Shown here piece after piece: positions 1-9,678 of a stretch of 46,787 nucleotides of DNA. The stretch's first letter is position 1. Each line of letters starts with the position of its first letter. The notes under the pieces are model-generated. The model was not told the DNA's origin, made no database searches, and saw only the letters and a program-made list of their open reading frames with translations. Source of the stretch: Anaerovorax sp. (lineage in GTDB: Bacteria > Bacillota > Clostridia > Peptostreptococcales > Anaerovoracaceae); assembly GCA_036653195.1 (NCBI GenBank), contig JAVVUJ010000002.1:1-46787 (forward strand), given 5' to 3'. Both the position numbers and the translations under genes were made by a program.

Positions 1-1
1 A

Positions 2-1273
2 GTACAGACCATTCGAATGACCCATTCTATTGCCGATGCCATTTGTTTGGCCATTACCACACCGGTAGGCGTTATTTTCCATACAGGGGACTTTAAAATA
101 GACTATACACCTGTAGACGGAGAACCCATCGATTTTCAAAAACTGGCGGAAATCGGACGGAAGGGTGTGCTCTTAATGTTGGCAGACAGCACCAATGCAG
201 AGAGAAAAGGATATACTTCTTCCGAAAAGACAGTAGGCATTGCGTTAGAAAACATTATGAGAGGTTCCGATGCCAGAATTTTGGTGGCCACATTCTCTTC
301 CAACGTACATCGTGTACAGAGAATTATTGATACGGCGGTTATGTTTGGCAGAAAAGTAGCCATATCGGGCAGAAGTATGCTAAACGTAGTCAATTTGGGT
401 ATTGAATTGGGATATTTAAAAATTCCGGCAAATGTGCTCATCGATATTAACAAAACAAAAAATGTCCCCGACAAGCAACTTGTCATCATTACCACAGGAA
501 GTCAAGGGGAACCCATGTCCGCTCTTGCAAGAATGGCCTCTGCGGAGCATAAAGCCATTCAGATCAAGAAAGGAGATATGGTGATTCTGTCTTCCAGCCC
601 GGTACCGGGAAATGAAAAAACCGTTTCCAATATTGTGAACAAATTATTTGAAAAAGGTGCAGAAGTCATCTATTCAGATATTGCGGACATTCACGTATCA
701 GGGCATGCCTGTGCAGAAGAATTAAAAATCATTCATTCTTTGATTAAACCAAAATTCTTTATGCCCGTTCATGGTGAGTACCGTCATTTACGACAACATG
801 CCATCATTGCCGAGAATCTTGGAATGAAGGCGGATCACATTTTTATTTTGCAAAACGGCCAAGTATTAAATGTTTCAAAGGGCAAAGTGGTGAAATCAAA
901 AGAAGAAGTTTCAGCTTCCGCAGTGATGGTAGATGGTTTGGGTGTAGGCGATGTAGGGAATATCGTTCTTCGAGATCGAAAATTGCTATCTGAGTCAGGT
1001 TTGATTATTGTGGTAGTAGCCCTTGAAAAAGGATCAGGCGTTATTGTCACAGGCCCTGATATTATATCAAGAGGATTCGTTTACGTAAGAGAGAACGAAG
1101 ATTTAATTGCTTCTGCTCGACAAGCGGTAAGCAAAAGGTTAGAACAATGTTATGAAGATGGCGTTAGAGATTGGGCCGGTATGAAAAATGCGGTAAGAGA
1201 TGAATTGAGAAGTTTTATTTACCAAAAAACCAAGAGAAGTCCTGTTATTCTGCCCATTTTCGTAGAGATTTAA
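2..1273 (+). CDS. rnj: Ribonuclease J, C-terminal ~420 aa (5' end lies outside the window)
   Basis: The frame is open to the window edge (VQTIR precedes the first Met). Motifs THSIADA, HTGDFKIDYTP, HVSGHA and MPVHGEYRH are typical of beta-CASP RNase J. Confidence 0.93.
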   Translation, partial: VQTIRMTHSIADAICLAITTPVGVIFHTGDFKIDYTPVDGEPIDFQKLAEIGRKGVLLMLADSTNAERKGYTSSEKTVGIALENIMRGSDARILVATFSSNVHRVQRIIDTAVMFGRKVAISGRSMLNVVNLGIELGYLKIPANVLIDINKTKNVPDKQLVIITTGSQGEPMSALARMASAEHKAIQIKKGDMVILSSSPVPGNEKTVSNIVNKLFEKGAEVIYSDIADIHVSGHACAEELKIIHSLIKPKFFMPVHGEYRHLRQHAIIAENLGMKADHIFILQNGQVLNVSKGKVVKSKEEVSASAVMVDGLGVGDVGNIVLRDRKLLSESGLIIVVVALEKGSGVIVTGPDIISRGFVYVRENEDLIASARQAVSKRLEQCYEDGVRDWAGMKNAVRDELRSFIYQKTKRSPVILPIFVEI

Positions 1274-1326
1274 CAGAAAATAGTTATAGTTAACCAAAGC
1301 CCGTGTGGCGAATAGGGAGGAAAGAC

Positions 1327-1683
1327 ATGAACGTATATGACCAGGCTCATAGCCTAGCCAAAGCCTTAAAAGAATCAGAAGAGTACAAACAATATGCCGA
1401 ACTAAAAGAAGTGGCTTCTCAAAATGAGGAATTGTCAAGTATGCTTAATGATTTTCAAGGAAAACAATTTGAAATACAGGCAAAACAAATGATGGGCGAA
1501 AGCTTAGGCGAGGAAATGATGGCGCAAGTACACGCTCTTTATGAAATCATTATGAAGGATCCCTTGGCTGCACAGTATATGCAGGCAGAAATGAGATTTT
1601 CCATGTTGGTCAATGATGTCTATAAGATTTTAGGTGAGGTCATTCAATTTGGAAATACGGAAAATCCCACATTAAAAGAGTAA
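1327..1683 (+). CDS. YlbF/YmcA-family regulatory protein
   Basis: GGGAGG lies 6 nt before ATG 1327, and the ORF-track start at 1303 lacks an SD. The helical 118-aa protein opens with MNVYDQAHSLAKALKESEEYKQY, typical of this family. Confidence 0.8.
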   Translation: MNVYDQAHSLAKALKESEEYKQYAELKEVASQNEELSSMLNDFQGKQFEIQAKQMMGESLGEEMMAQVHALYEIIMKDPLAAQYMQAEMRFSMLVNDVYKILGEVIQFGNTENPTLKE

Positions 1684-1757
1684 CCGCCCATGAAAGGGTT
1701 GTTGTAGAAGTGAATCAGAATTGTTAATAAAGAAACATAAGAAATGGAGAAAAAAAT

Positions 1758-2318
1758 ATGGTATACGCAAGCGAATTTAGAAAAGGAATGACCTTTGATA
1801 TTAATGGAGAACCACATATTGTAATTGATTTTCAACATGTAAAACCGGGCAAAGGTGCCGCTTTTGTCAGAACAAAATATAAAAATATTTTGACTGGCGC
1901 TACAAGAGAAGAAGCCTTTAATCCAAATGATAAGTTTCCAAAAGCACATATTGAAACAAAGATCATGCAGTACTTGTATAATGATGGGGAACTTTATTAT
2001 TTCATGGATGAGGAAACCTTTGACCAAGTGCCGCTGATGCAGGATCAGGTAGAAGATGCTATGCAATATTTGAAAGAAAACGACATGGCCACCATTAAGT
2101 TTTATAAGGGAAGTGCCTTCCTTGTGGAAGCACCTAATTTTGTAAACTTAAAGGTTACTGAAACTGAACCCGGCGTCAAGGGTGATACGGCGACAAATGT
2201 TACAAAAGCAGCGACTGTGGAAACCGGTGCCATTATTCAAGTGCCTATTTTCATTGAAGAAGGCGAATTAATTCAAATAGATACAAGAACCGGCGAATAT
2301 TTATCAAGATCAAAATAA
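1758..2318 (+). CDS. efp: Elongation factor P
   Basis: 186 aa. Contains the [15 protein letters not shown] loop and a typical EF-P N-terminus ([30 protein letters not shown]). Confidence 0.97.
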   Translation: MVYASEFRKGMTFDINGEPHIVIDFQHVKPGKGAAFVRTKYKNILTGATREEAFNPNDKFPKAHIETKIMQYLYNDGELYYFMDEETFDQVPLMQDQVEDAMQYLKENDMATIKFYKGSAFLVEAPNFVNLKVTETEPGVKGDTATNVTKAATVETGAIIQVPIFIEEGELIQIDTRTGEYLSRSK

Positions 2319-2365
2319 CAGAGACATTGCAAAATAAGGAATAAAAATAGGATAAGGGGTATAAG

Positions 2366-3430
2366 ATGGGTACCGGTAAACGTAGTAAGAAACAAAGCAA
2401 GAATCCGATTTTAAGGGTGATTTTGATTATAGCAATTGTGATTTTAATTCTTTTTATGGCAGTCAATTTTTATCTGGGCAATGGCAGTAAACCAGTAGAT
2501 CCCAACAATACGGCTTCTGTGAGTATTGTTGTCACACCCGGAAGCGGGACAGGCAGCATAGGGGCACTTTTAAAGGAAAACAAGCTTATAGACAATGTGG
2601 TTGTATTTAAACTGCAATCCAAGCTTGCGGGAAATGACGGAAAGTACAAGGCGGGATCGTTTTTACTGTCTCCCAGTATGTCTATGAAAGAAATGATGGC
2701 TGTGATTATAGCCGGAAATTCCGACACCAAACGGTTTACCATTCCCGAAGGGTATGACATCAAAAGGACTATGGAAAAACTTTCCAAAGAAGGGTTAATC
2801 AATAGGGATGTGTTTGCCCGGGAAATCGAATACGGTGTTTTTGACTATGAATTCTTGAAAGATGCACCTCCCGGACCCCATCGTTTGGAAGGGTACTTAT
2901 ATCCTGAAACCTATGATATTTTTTCTGATGCATCGGAAAGGGACATCATCAACAAAATGCTGTCACAATTCGATAAGGTCTTTACAAAGCAGTATGCAGC
3001 GGATGCAAAGGCTCTGGGCATGGATTTTAACCAAGTGTTGACCATGGCTTCTCTAATTGAACGGGAAACGAGAGTGGACGATGAAAAAGAATTGGTTGCC
3101 AGTGTGATCAACAATCGAATTGCGGCCGGCATGCCTTTACAAATTGATGCCACCGTTCAATATGCGTTGGGAGAACAAAAGGAACGGTTGCTTTATGAAG
3201 ATTTGAAAATCGATTCTCCCTACAACACCTATAAAATAAAGGGATTACCGCCGGGGCCTATTTGTTCTCCCAGTATTGAATCCATCTATGCCGTGTTGCA
3301 CCCTGCAGATACAAAGTATCTGTACTATGTATTAAAGCCATCTATGGACGGTTCTCATGCATTTTCATCAAATTACAATCAGTTTTTAAAAGATAAAGAT
3401 GCGTATATTAAAAATGCATTTGGAGAGTAA
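2366..3430 (+). CDS. mltG: Endolytic murein transglycosylase MltG (YceG-like)
   Basis: N-terminal TM segment followed by a YceG domain (MASLIERET, GLPPGPICSPS, YLYYV). Sits in the position of yrrL in the yrrL-yrrM-yrrNO synteny. Confidence 0.92.
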   Translation: MGTGKRSKKQSKNPILRVILIIAIVILILFMAVNFYLGNGSKPVDPNNTASVSIVVTPGSGTGSIGALLKENKLIDNVVVFKLQSKLAGNDGKYKAGSFLLSPSMSMKEMMAVIIAGNSDTKRFTIPEGYDIKRTMEKLSKEGLINRDVFAREIEYGVFDYEFLKDAPPGPHRLEGYLYPETYDIFSDASERDIINKMLSQFDKVFTKQYAADAKALGMDFNQVLTMASLIERETRVDDEKELVASVINNRIAAGMPLQIDATVQYALGEQKERLLYEDLKIDSPYNTYKIKGLPPGPICSPSIESIYAVLHPADTKYLYYVLKPSMDGSHAFSSNYNQFLKDKDAYIKNAFGE

Positions 3431-3432
3431 AC

Positions 3433-4116
3433 ATGTACATCACAATTCCACAGGTGACAGAGTACCTTAATGGATTATACAGACCTTTAAACGAAGCATT
3501 ACAGGCGTTGAGAGCCCATGCAGAAGCGCAACATGTTCCCATTATCCTCAGGGATGCGGAAACGCTGATTCTAAATTATATTCGAATGAAAAAACCAAAG
3601 AAAATTTTAGAAATTGGAACGGCCATAGGCTATTCGGCGTTGTGTTTTGCTACTGTTGCGCCAACTTGTCAAATTACCACGTTAGAACTAAGTGAGCGAT
3701 CCTATGTAAAAGCACTTGAAAACATTGAAAATTTTGCTTGTACAGAAAAGATTCAAGTCATCTTAGGCGATGCAAGGGAGACGTTGAAATCTTTGGCTTC
3801 TATTTATGAACAGGAAGAAAAAGAGCCCTTTGATATGGTGTTTATTGATGCCTCAAAGGGACATTATGGCGTTTTTTGGGATGAAGCTGTGAAGCTCATT
3901 GCCCATGACGCCGTAGTGATTTCAGACAACGTTCTTTTTAAAGCCATTACCGCTTCCGATGAATTTTTAGAGAACAGAAGAAACGGTACCATTATGAGAA
4001 GAATGCGGGCATACCTTGCTCATATTACAAATCTTGAAGGCGTATCTACTTGTGTATTGCCTGTAGGAGACGGAGTAGCCATCAGCCAGTTTGAACCGGA
4101 ATTTTGGCAAAGATAA
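3433..4116 (+). CDS. trmR: Class I SAM-dependent O-methyltransferase, YrrM/TrmR-like (tRNA mo5U34 formation)
   Basis: SAM motif ILEIGTAIGYSAL and FDMVFIDASK. Lies between mltG and a U32 peptidase, as B. subtilis yrrM does. Confidence 0.75.
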   Translation: MYITIPQVTEYLNGLYRPLNEALQALRAHAEAQHVPIILRDAETLILNYIRMKKPKKILEIGTAIGYSALCFATVAPTCQITTLELSERSYVKALENIENFACTEKIQVILGDARETLKSLASIYEQEEKEPFDMVFIDASKGHYGVFWDEAVKLIAHDAVVISDNVLFKAITASDEFLENRRNGTIMRRMRAYLAHITNLEGVSTCVLPVGDGVAISQFEPEFWQR

Positions 4117-4126
4117 AGAGGGATAC

Positions 4127-5374
4127 ATGAATAAGAAAAAAATAGAATTGTTAGCCCCTGCAGGGGATTTGGAAAAATTAAAAATTGCCATTGACTATGG
4201 CGCAGATGCCGTATATTTTGCCGGTGCGTTATTTGGGCTTCGTGCAGGTGCTAAAAACTTTACCATTGATGAGATCAAAGAAGGTGTAGCCTATGCACAC
4301 AGCAAAGGAAAAAAAGCACACCTTACTGTGAATATCTTTGCACATAATGAGGATATAGAGCAGTTGCGGGATTATCTTGCACAGATTAAAGAAATCCCCA
4401 TTGACGCCTTTATTGTTTCAGATACAGGGGTATTCATGCTTATAAGGGAAGTACTGCCTCATGCAGAAATTCATTTGAGTACCCAAGCCAACACCACCAA
4501 TTATAAGACGGCAGAGTTTTGGTATCAACAAGGCGTTAAGAGAATCGTATTGGCTAGAGAGCTTTCTTTTGAAGAAATCATATCATTAAGGAATAAACTG
4601 CCGGAAGCGTTGGAAATCGAATCTTTCATTCACGGTGCCATGTGCATTTCTTATTCAGGGCGATGCCTCCTAAGCAATTTTATGACAGAGAGGGATGCCA
4701 ACAGAGGTGCTTGCTCTCATCCTTGCAGATGGGAATATCAGCTAGTTGAAAAACAAAGACCCGGTGAATATTTTCCAATAGAAGAAGATGAACGCGGTAC
4801 TTACATTATGAATTCTCGTGACCTTTGTATGATTGAACATATTCCGGATATGATTGAATCCGGGTTGGCTTCGGCTAAGATCGAAGGAAGAATGAAGAGT
4901 GTCTTTTATGTTGCAACCATTATCGGCACCTATCGAAAGGCTATTGATGCGTATTACGCAGATCCGGAGGGCTACGTGTTAAATCCCCAATGGCTGTCTG
5001 AATTGAAAAAAGTAAGCCACAGAGAGTTTACCACCGGATTTTACTACAACAAACCTACCAATGCAGATCAAAATTACGACAGCAGTACGTATAAACGGGA
5101 CTATACATTTGTGGGAATTGTCAAGTCCTATGATGGCATCACTCAATTGGCGGTGATAGAACAGAGAAACAAGATCAGCCTAGGTGATGAAATTGAAATT
5201 TTCGGGCCTAAAACAGACTTCTTTTCCCAAAAGGTGGAGATTTTGTTAGACGAAGAAGGGATGCCTATTGAAAGTGCACCCCATGCTCAACAACTTCTTA
5301 AAATCAAGGTAGAACAACCTGTAGCTGAAAATTTCATGGTTCGAAAACCAAAGGACGCAAGACCGATAATTTAG
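4127..5374 (+). CDS. Peptidase U32 family protein (YrrO/TrhP-like, prephenate-dependent tRNA ho5U synthesis)
   Basis: MNKKKIELLAPAG start, then GAMCISYSGRCLLS and EGRMKS U32 motifs. I chose the internal Met at 4127 over the ORF-track start at 4091, which overlaps trmR. Confidence 0.88.
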   Translation: MNKKKIELLAPAGDLEKLKIAIDYGADAVYFAGALFGLRAGAKNFTIDEIKEGVAYAHSKGKKAHLTVNIFAHNEDIEQLRDYLAQIKEIPIDAFIVSDTGVFMLIREVLPHAEIHLSTQANTTNYKTAEFWYQQGVKRIVLARELSFEEIISLRNKLPEALEIESFIHGAMCISYSGRCLLSNFMTERDANRGACSHPCRWEYQLVEKQRPGEYFPIEEDERGTYIMNSRDLCMIEHIPDMIESGLASAKIEGRMKSVFYVATIIGTYRKAIDAYYADPEGYVLNPQWLSELKKVSHREFTTGFYYNKPTNADQNYDSSTYKRDYTFVGIVKSYDGITQLAVIEQRNKISLGDEIEIFGPKTDFFSQKVEILLDEEGMPIESAPHAQQLLKIKVEQPVAENFMVRKPKDARPII

Positions 5375-5402
5375 CACATCGTCCAAGTGCCATGCATACA
5401 GC

Positions 5403-7355
5403 TTACGAAAGTAAGTTCTGTCTCATGATGTTTATTTCTTCTAAAATATCGTCTAATGCACGCAAATAAACTTTTTCATGGCTTGTCACGGAAAGGTTTA
5501 TTTTTTGTTGCAAAGTTTCCTTTACTTTTATAAATTGTCCAAGCCACTGGTTCTCAGTGAGATTTTGAGAGAGAAAATTGGTCATATGTACCATATCTTG
5601 AAAAATCAACGAAAGTTCTTCATCCTTACCGCCCCAATAAGATCGACCAAAAGCAGCAAAGATAAAATCGTTGAGCAGCACTCGCTGGTTGTCCATGAAA
5701 ATGCCCAGTTGAGGAAGTTGCAAAATAGTATTATTTAAAAACAACTTGTCTTCCACAAGATTGGCTGTTAGCAGCAGATTGGCACAAGTGTTTTTCATTA
5801 AATCTGTGGGTGCATCCAGTAACAAAATTTGGGAAAGTTTTCCCATCATGTCAATAGAGGCCCTCTGAAGATTCTTTGCAGTGCCGGAAAGGGTAAGTCT
5901 AAGGACAAACCTGTTCAGGAGCATGGCTACGATTCCGCCCAATATAATGTAAAAAATGCGGTCAAATTCAAAGAGCATGGAGCCGGTTTCTCCTATAGCG
6001 GCGGCACCTAAGGCAGAGACTGTAATACAGATCATTTGTTTGTCATAAGACTTTAAATAGCTGGAAATATAACCTGCCAGCAGCATGATCAAGGCACGAC
6101 CCGTACTGTCTTCTATGAGTGTAAATAGTAGGGTAAAAATAACCAGTCCAAACAAAGTGCCAATAATTCTTTTTTTGAACTTTTCTTTGGCATCTTCGGC
6201 ATAGGGCTGAATAATGATAAACGCTGTAAAAACCATCCAACGACCGTACTCAAGCTGGAATAAATCTGTGCAAAATGAAGTAAGGGAAATGGCCAGTGCA
6301 GCACGCAAAGCAAAACTAAATCGAATGGAACCATTGGCCAAATTCTTTTTCAAATGGTAAAAAACGCTGAATTCTTTGGGAATATCCCCTTCAAAAACAG
6401 AGGCTTTTACGCCCACACCTCGAATACGACTTAGCTGGTAGATGCGTTTTCTTAAAATATCTACCACCTGTATTAATTCGTAAATTTCAATATATTCACT
6501 GTCTGTATCTTTATATCGCTGAAGAAAGGCAAGACCCACTTGTTTAAAGTCAGAAGGGGTAATGGTATCGGCATGGATTTTTTCAAATACGTTTAAAATT
6601 TCAATCATATCCTTCAGGCAATCATCATAAACCTTGGGTCGTTGTTTTATTTCGCTGATTTCACTGACAATGAGGCTGATCCTTTCCAAACAAAATCCAA
6701 TGTTCAGTTTATATAGGGTAGTGGGGGAAACAAAAAAATTGTTCCTTTTCCTTTCGTTCATGGCCTGGGACATTTTTCGAATATGAGCCCCAATATTTTG
6801 GTTTAAACCATCTCCGGGTGTGCCATCAAGGAGTGCATTAATTTGTGTGATAATGGTTTTGGCAACTGTGTCAAAAACTGAATTGCTGATTTTTGCGGAT
6901 TTATTTCTGTTGCATATTAATTGAAGTGCAATGATCAGAAGGGAACCACAAACCAAAGCGCCTAACCGCAAAGGCAATTGGGAGAATCCGATGGGCGCAG
7001 TCATTAGCATAAAGATATAGGTAAGCATAAAGGGAAAATACATGGGTGTCGTTAAGTCATTCATCAATAAGTATACGGTTATAAACACCATAGCAAAATT
7101 TAGAAAAAGACCAAACCAAGGGTTTAGCAAAACAATGCAGGCACAGAGACCTAGCATAAAATTTAAGGCGATAATGTACAACGTATTTTTAATGGGGTGA
7201 ATGGTCATATTGATGCCTAGAAGGAAAAGCGCTTGCACAATCACGCCCACACCTACAATGACGTTGTCTGCACCGAACACATATTGAAATACAAGAACGC
7301 CCAGTGAGACGCCCAGAAAAGTAACGGTTTTATTGAGAATTAATTTAAAGGTCAT
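5403..7355 (-). CDS. FUSC-family (aromatic acid exporter-like) integral membrane protein
   Basis: Two multi-TM blocks separated by, and followed by, long helical soluble segments. ATG at 7355 has AAGGATGA about 10 nt upstream, whereas the ORF-track start at 7400 is a TTG without an SD. One of only two minus-strand genes. Confidence 0.78.
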   Translation of the reverse strand: MTFKLILNKTVTFLGVSLGVLVFQYVFGADNVIVGVGVIVQALFLLGINMTIHPIKNTLYIIALNFMLGLCACIVLLNPWFGLFLNFAMVFITVYLLMNDLTTPMYFPFMLTYIFMLMTAPIGFSQLPLRLGALVCGSLLIIALQLICNRNKSAKISNSVFDTVAKTIITQINALLDGTPGDGLNQNIGAHIRKMSQAMNERKRNNFFVSPTTLYKLNIGFCLERISLIVSEISEIKQRPKVYDDCLKDMIEILNVFEKIHADTITPSDFKQVGLAFLQRYKDTDSEYIEIYELIQVVDILRKRIYQLSRIRGVGVKASVFEGDIPKEFSVFYHLKKNLANGSIRFSFALRAALAISLTSFCTDLFQLEYGRWMVFTAFIIIQPYAEDAKEKFKKRIIGTLFGLVIFTLLFTLIEDSTGRALIMLLAGYISSYLKSYDKQMICITVSALGAAAIGETGSMLFEFDRIFYIILGGIVAMLLNRFVLRLTLSGTAKNLQRASIDMMGKLSQILLLDAPTDLMKNTCANLLLTANLVEDKLFLNNTILQLPQLGIFMDNQRVLLNDFIFAAFGRSYWGGKDEELSLIFQDMVHMTNFLSQNLTENQWLGQFIKVKETLQQKINLSVTSHEKVYLRALDDILEEINIMRQNLLS

Positions 7356-7491
7356 AATTGAATGATCATCCTTTCGTCTGTCTTTGTTTCTATAAGGCAA
7401 CGATTTATTGAAAGAATTCTACCATGTTAAAAAAGAGATTTCAATAGCGTGATTTTTGTTACATTTGTGTTACAAATAATACCCCGTACCT

Positions 7492-7520
7492 TTGACAAAA
7501 TTTCATGAAATAGTTACTAT
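7492..7520 (+). promoter_or_regulatory. Candidate sigma-A promoter for the MFS-CBS unit
   Basis: TTGACA (7492-7497), a 17-nt spacer, then TACTAT (7515-7520). The spacer contains the perfect palindrome TTTCATGAAA (7501-7510). Confidence 0.5.
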
Positions 7521-7602
7521 AAATAGATAGACAAAAAATTATAAAGAAACAGAATGCTCCAATAATCATAATTGATTTGGAGAGAAAAAAGGGGATGTTA
7601 TT

Positions 7603-9078
7603 TTGATCAAAAACAATCAAGAAATTACAAAACAATCAGGGGGGGTGACTCGACGGGATATTGTAATAATTGCCATTGTAGTTGCAGGGGCTTTTGTGGC
7701 TATTCTGAATCAAACCATTTTATCACCCGCACTACCAAAACTGATGGAAACTTTTCACATTACGGCGGGAAAGGCACAATGGGTGACTACCATTTACATG
7801 TTAGTCAATGGGATTATGGTTCCTATTACGGCATATCTGATAGATCGTTTTCCCACACGAAAACTATTTATGACGTCCATGATCGTTTTTATGGTGGGAA
7901 CAGCGTTGGTTGTCGTCGCACCTAACTTTTCGGTTCTAATCATGGCACGTATTTTACAGGCTATGGGGGCAGGTGTTCAACTTCCTTTGGTGGCCGTTGT
8001 TCCCATGCTAATTTTTCCAAGAGAAAAACGTGGGACAGCCATGGGCATGGCAGGCATTGTAATGAGTTGTGCACCCGCGGCGGGACCGGTTGTGGCAGGA
8101 TGGGCCATTGATGCTTTTGGTTGGAGATCTATATTTATAGGTATGCTGCCTTTGGCGTTTTTAGTTTTGGTTTTCAGTATGTTATTCCTGACAAATGTGG
8201 GAACATTGAAGCATCCCCATTTAGATTTGATTTCTGTGGTTCTGTCAACATTTGCTTTTGGCGGACTGCTTTATGGGTTGTCCAGTGCCAGCACAAAAGG
8301 ATGGGCAAGTGCGTTGGTAATCGCACCACTTTTGATAGGCGTTGTGGCTTTAGTTTGCTTCATTAAAAGACAGTTGACATTGAAAGAGCCGCTTTTAGAA
8401 CTAAAGGTTTTAAAGACAAAAACTTTTACATATTCGGCCATTATGAACACCATTATTAATTCAGCATTGGCTGCAGGAAGCATTTTATTGCCTATTTATT
8501 TGCAAAATATAATGGGATTTTCAGCGTTTATTACAGGTATGCTCATGATGCCGGGCGCAGCAATTACCATTTTTATGAGCCCGATCAGCGGGCTGTTGTT
8601 TGATCATTTCGGCCCACGGGGAATTTCTATTTTAGGATTGACATCCTTGACTGTAGCAACCGCAGGGTTGGCGATTATTGGGACAGAAACTAAAATTTGG
8701 TATTTGATTTTCATTTATATTTTACAATCATTTGGATTATCACTGGCAAATATGCCCATCAATACTTGGGGCATTAATTCACTTCCCAATGACTATATTT
8801 CCCATGGGAATGCCATCAGTAATACGGGTCGTCAAGTAGGCGGTTCTATTGGGACGGCAGTCATCATTACCATTATGACTATGGTAACAAATGCAAGCAA
8901 CGCTGTAAGTCCGGTTTTGGCTGCAGTAAGCGGTATCCGTGCAGCTTATGGTACATCAGCCGGCATAGCGGCGGTTGCGCTTTTTATCGCTATTTTTAAA
9001 GTACATGGTACAGTCCAAGAAAATCACAAAGTACTCGAAAAAAAGGAAGGAGATGAAATTCATGCAAAATCCAATTAG
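7603..9078 (+). CDS. MFS transporter, DHA2 (14-TM, EmrB/QacA-like) drug:H+ antiporter family
   Basis: TTG start with AAGGGGA upstream. About 14 predicted TM segments, and motif A-like LIDRFPTRKLF after TM2. Confidence 0.9.
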   Translation: MIKNNQEITKQSGGVTRRDIVIIAIVVAGAFVAILNQTILSPALPKLMETFHITAGKAQWVTTIYMLVNGIMVPITAYLIDRFPTRKLFMTSMIVFMVGTALVVVAPNFSVLIMARILQAMGAGVQLPLVAVVPMLIFPREKRGTAMGMAGIVMSCAPAAGPVVAGWAIDAFGWRSIFIGMLPLAFLVLVFSMLFLTNVGTLKHPHLDLISVVLSTFAFGGLLYGLSSASTKGWASALVIAPLLIGVVALVCFIKRQLTLKEPLLELKVLKTKTFTYSAIMNTIINSALAAGSILLPIYLQNIMGFSAFITGMLMMPGAAITIFMSPISGLLFDHFGPRGISILGLTSLTVATAGLAIIGTETKIWYLIFIYILQSFGLSLANMPINTWGINSLPNDYISHGNAISNTGRQVGGSIGTAVIITIMTMVTNASNAVSPVLAAVSGIRAAYGTSAGIAAVALFIAIFKVHGTVQENHKVLEKKEGDEIHAKSN

Positions 9079-9538
9079 TTCTATTATGGAGGTAGATGCG
9101 TATACTTGTTACGAATCTGCGACTTTGGAGGATGTGGTAAAGACATTGGTGGAACGACAGATTGGCGGGCTGGTCATTATCAATGACAAAGAACATGTGG
9201 TAGGATTTATCAGTGACGGTGATATTATGAAAGCCGTAGCAAAACAGAGGACGCGCGCTATATACAGCGGTGATTCTTCTATGGTGTTTTATGATGATGA
9301 AAGTTTAGAGAATAAACTGAGGAATTTTAAAATGCGCAATGTAATGGAATTGGCTACACGAAATGTAATTTGCGCTACGCCGGATCGTTCTATTGAGGAA
9401 GTTGCTCGGATGCTGTCAAAGAAAAAGATTAAAAAAATCCCAATCGTAAATGAAAATGGAATGTTAGTAGGTATTGCACGTCGCTCTACAATTTTGCGTT
9501 ATATTTTCAGTTTGATTTTAGAGATGGATTCCCTATAA
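9062..9538 (+). CDS. Stand-alone CBS-pair domain protein
   Basis: Two CBS repeats (VGFISDGDIMKAV, KIPIVNENGMLVGIARRSTILR). ATG 9062 lies 9 nt after GGAG and overlaps the MFS stop by 17 nt. Confidence 0.85.
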   Translation: MQNPISSIMEVDAYTCYESATLEDVVKTLVERQIGGLVIINDKEHVVGFISDGDIMKAVAKQRTRAIYSGDSSMVFYDDESLENKLRNFKMRNVMELATRNVICATPDRSIEEVARMLSKKKIKKIPIVNENGMLVGIARRSTILRYIFSLILEMDSL

Positions 9539-9544
9539 ATACAC

Positions 9545-9638
9545 AAAATTCCTGTTGATTTTGAATAGTTCTTGAAATTTGCTTGCATATTTGTTACAAT
9601 ACTTTTAACATAAACCGAATAGAATCAACAGGGATTTT
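9545..9638 (+). terminator. Long-range inverted repeat (18-nt arms, 58-nt loop) with U-rich tail; candidate terminator of the MFS-CBS unit
   Basis: AAAATTCCTGTTGATTTT (9545-9562) pairs with AGAATCAACAGGGATTTT (9621-9638) as 16 Watson-Crick pairs plus 2 G-U pairs. ATTTTAG follows. The repeat starts 7 nt after the CBS gene stop. Confidence 0.4.
9572..9600 (+). promoter_or_regulatory. Candidate sigma-A promoter for the CNNM/TlyC gene
   Basis: TTGAAA (9572-9577), a 17-nt spacer, then TACAAT (9595-9600), about 80 nt upstream of ATG 9679. Confidence 0.6.
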
Positions 9639-9678
9639 ATTTTAGCAGTTTACACAGTTTGAGGAGGAAATTATACTA

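Noticed and set aside
7572-7925. 117-aa alternative-frame ORF at the 5' end of the MFS gene, and the similar ORF at 8121-8366.
   Set aside because: These are out-of-frame overlaps with a transporter gene that has a coherent TM pattern. Their products are Cys/Gly/Tyr-rich and not protein-like.
9545-9638. An invertible (phase-variable) promoter switch as the main reading of this inverted repeat.
   Set aside because: Only 58 bp separate the arms, far shorter than the invertible elements I know of (roughly 150 bp and above). The U-rich tail fits an RNA terminator better. I kept it only as an alternative in the finding.
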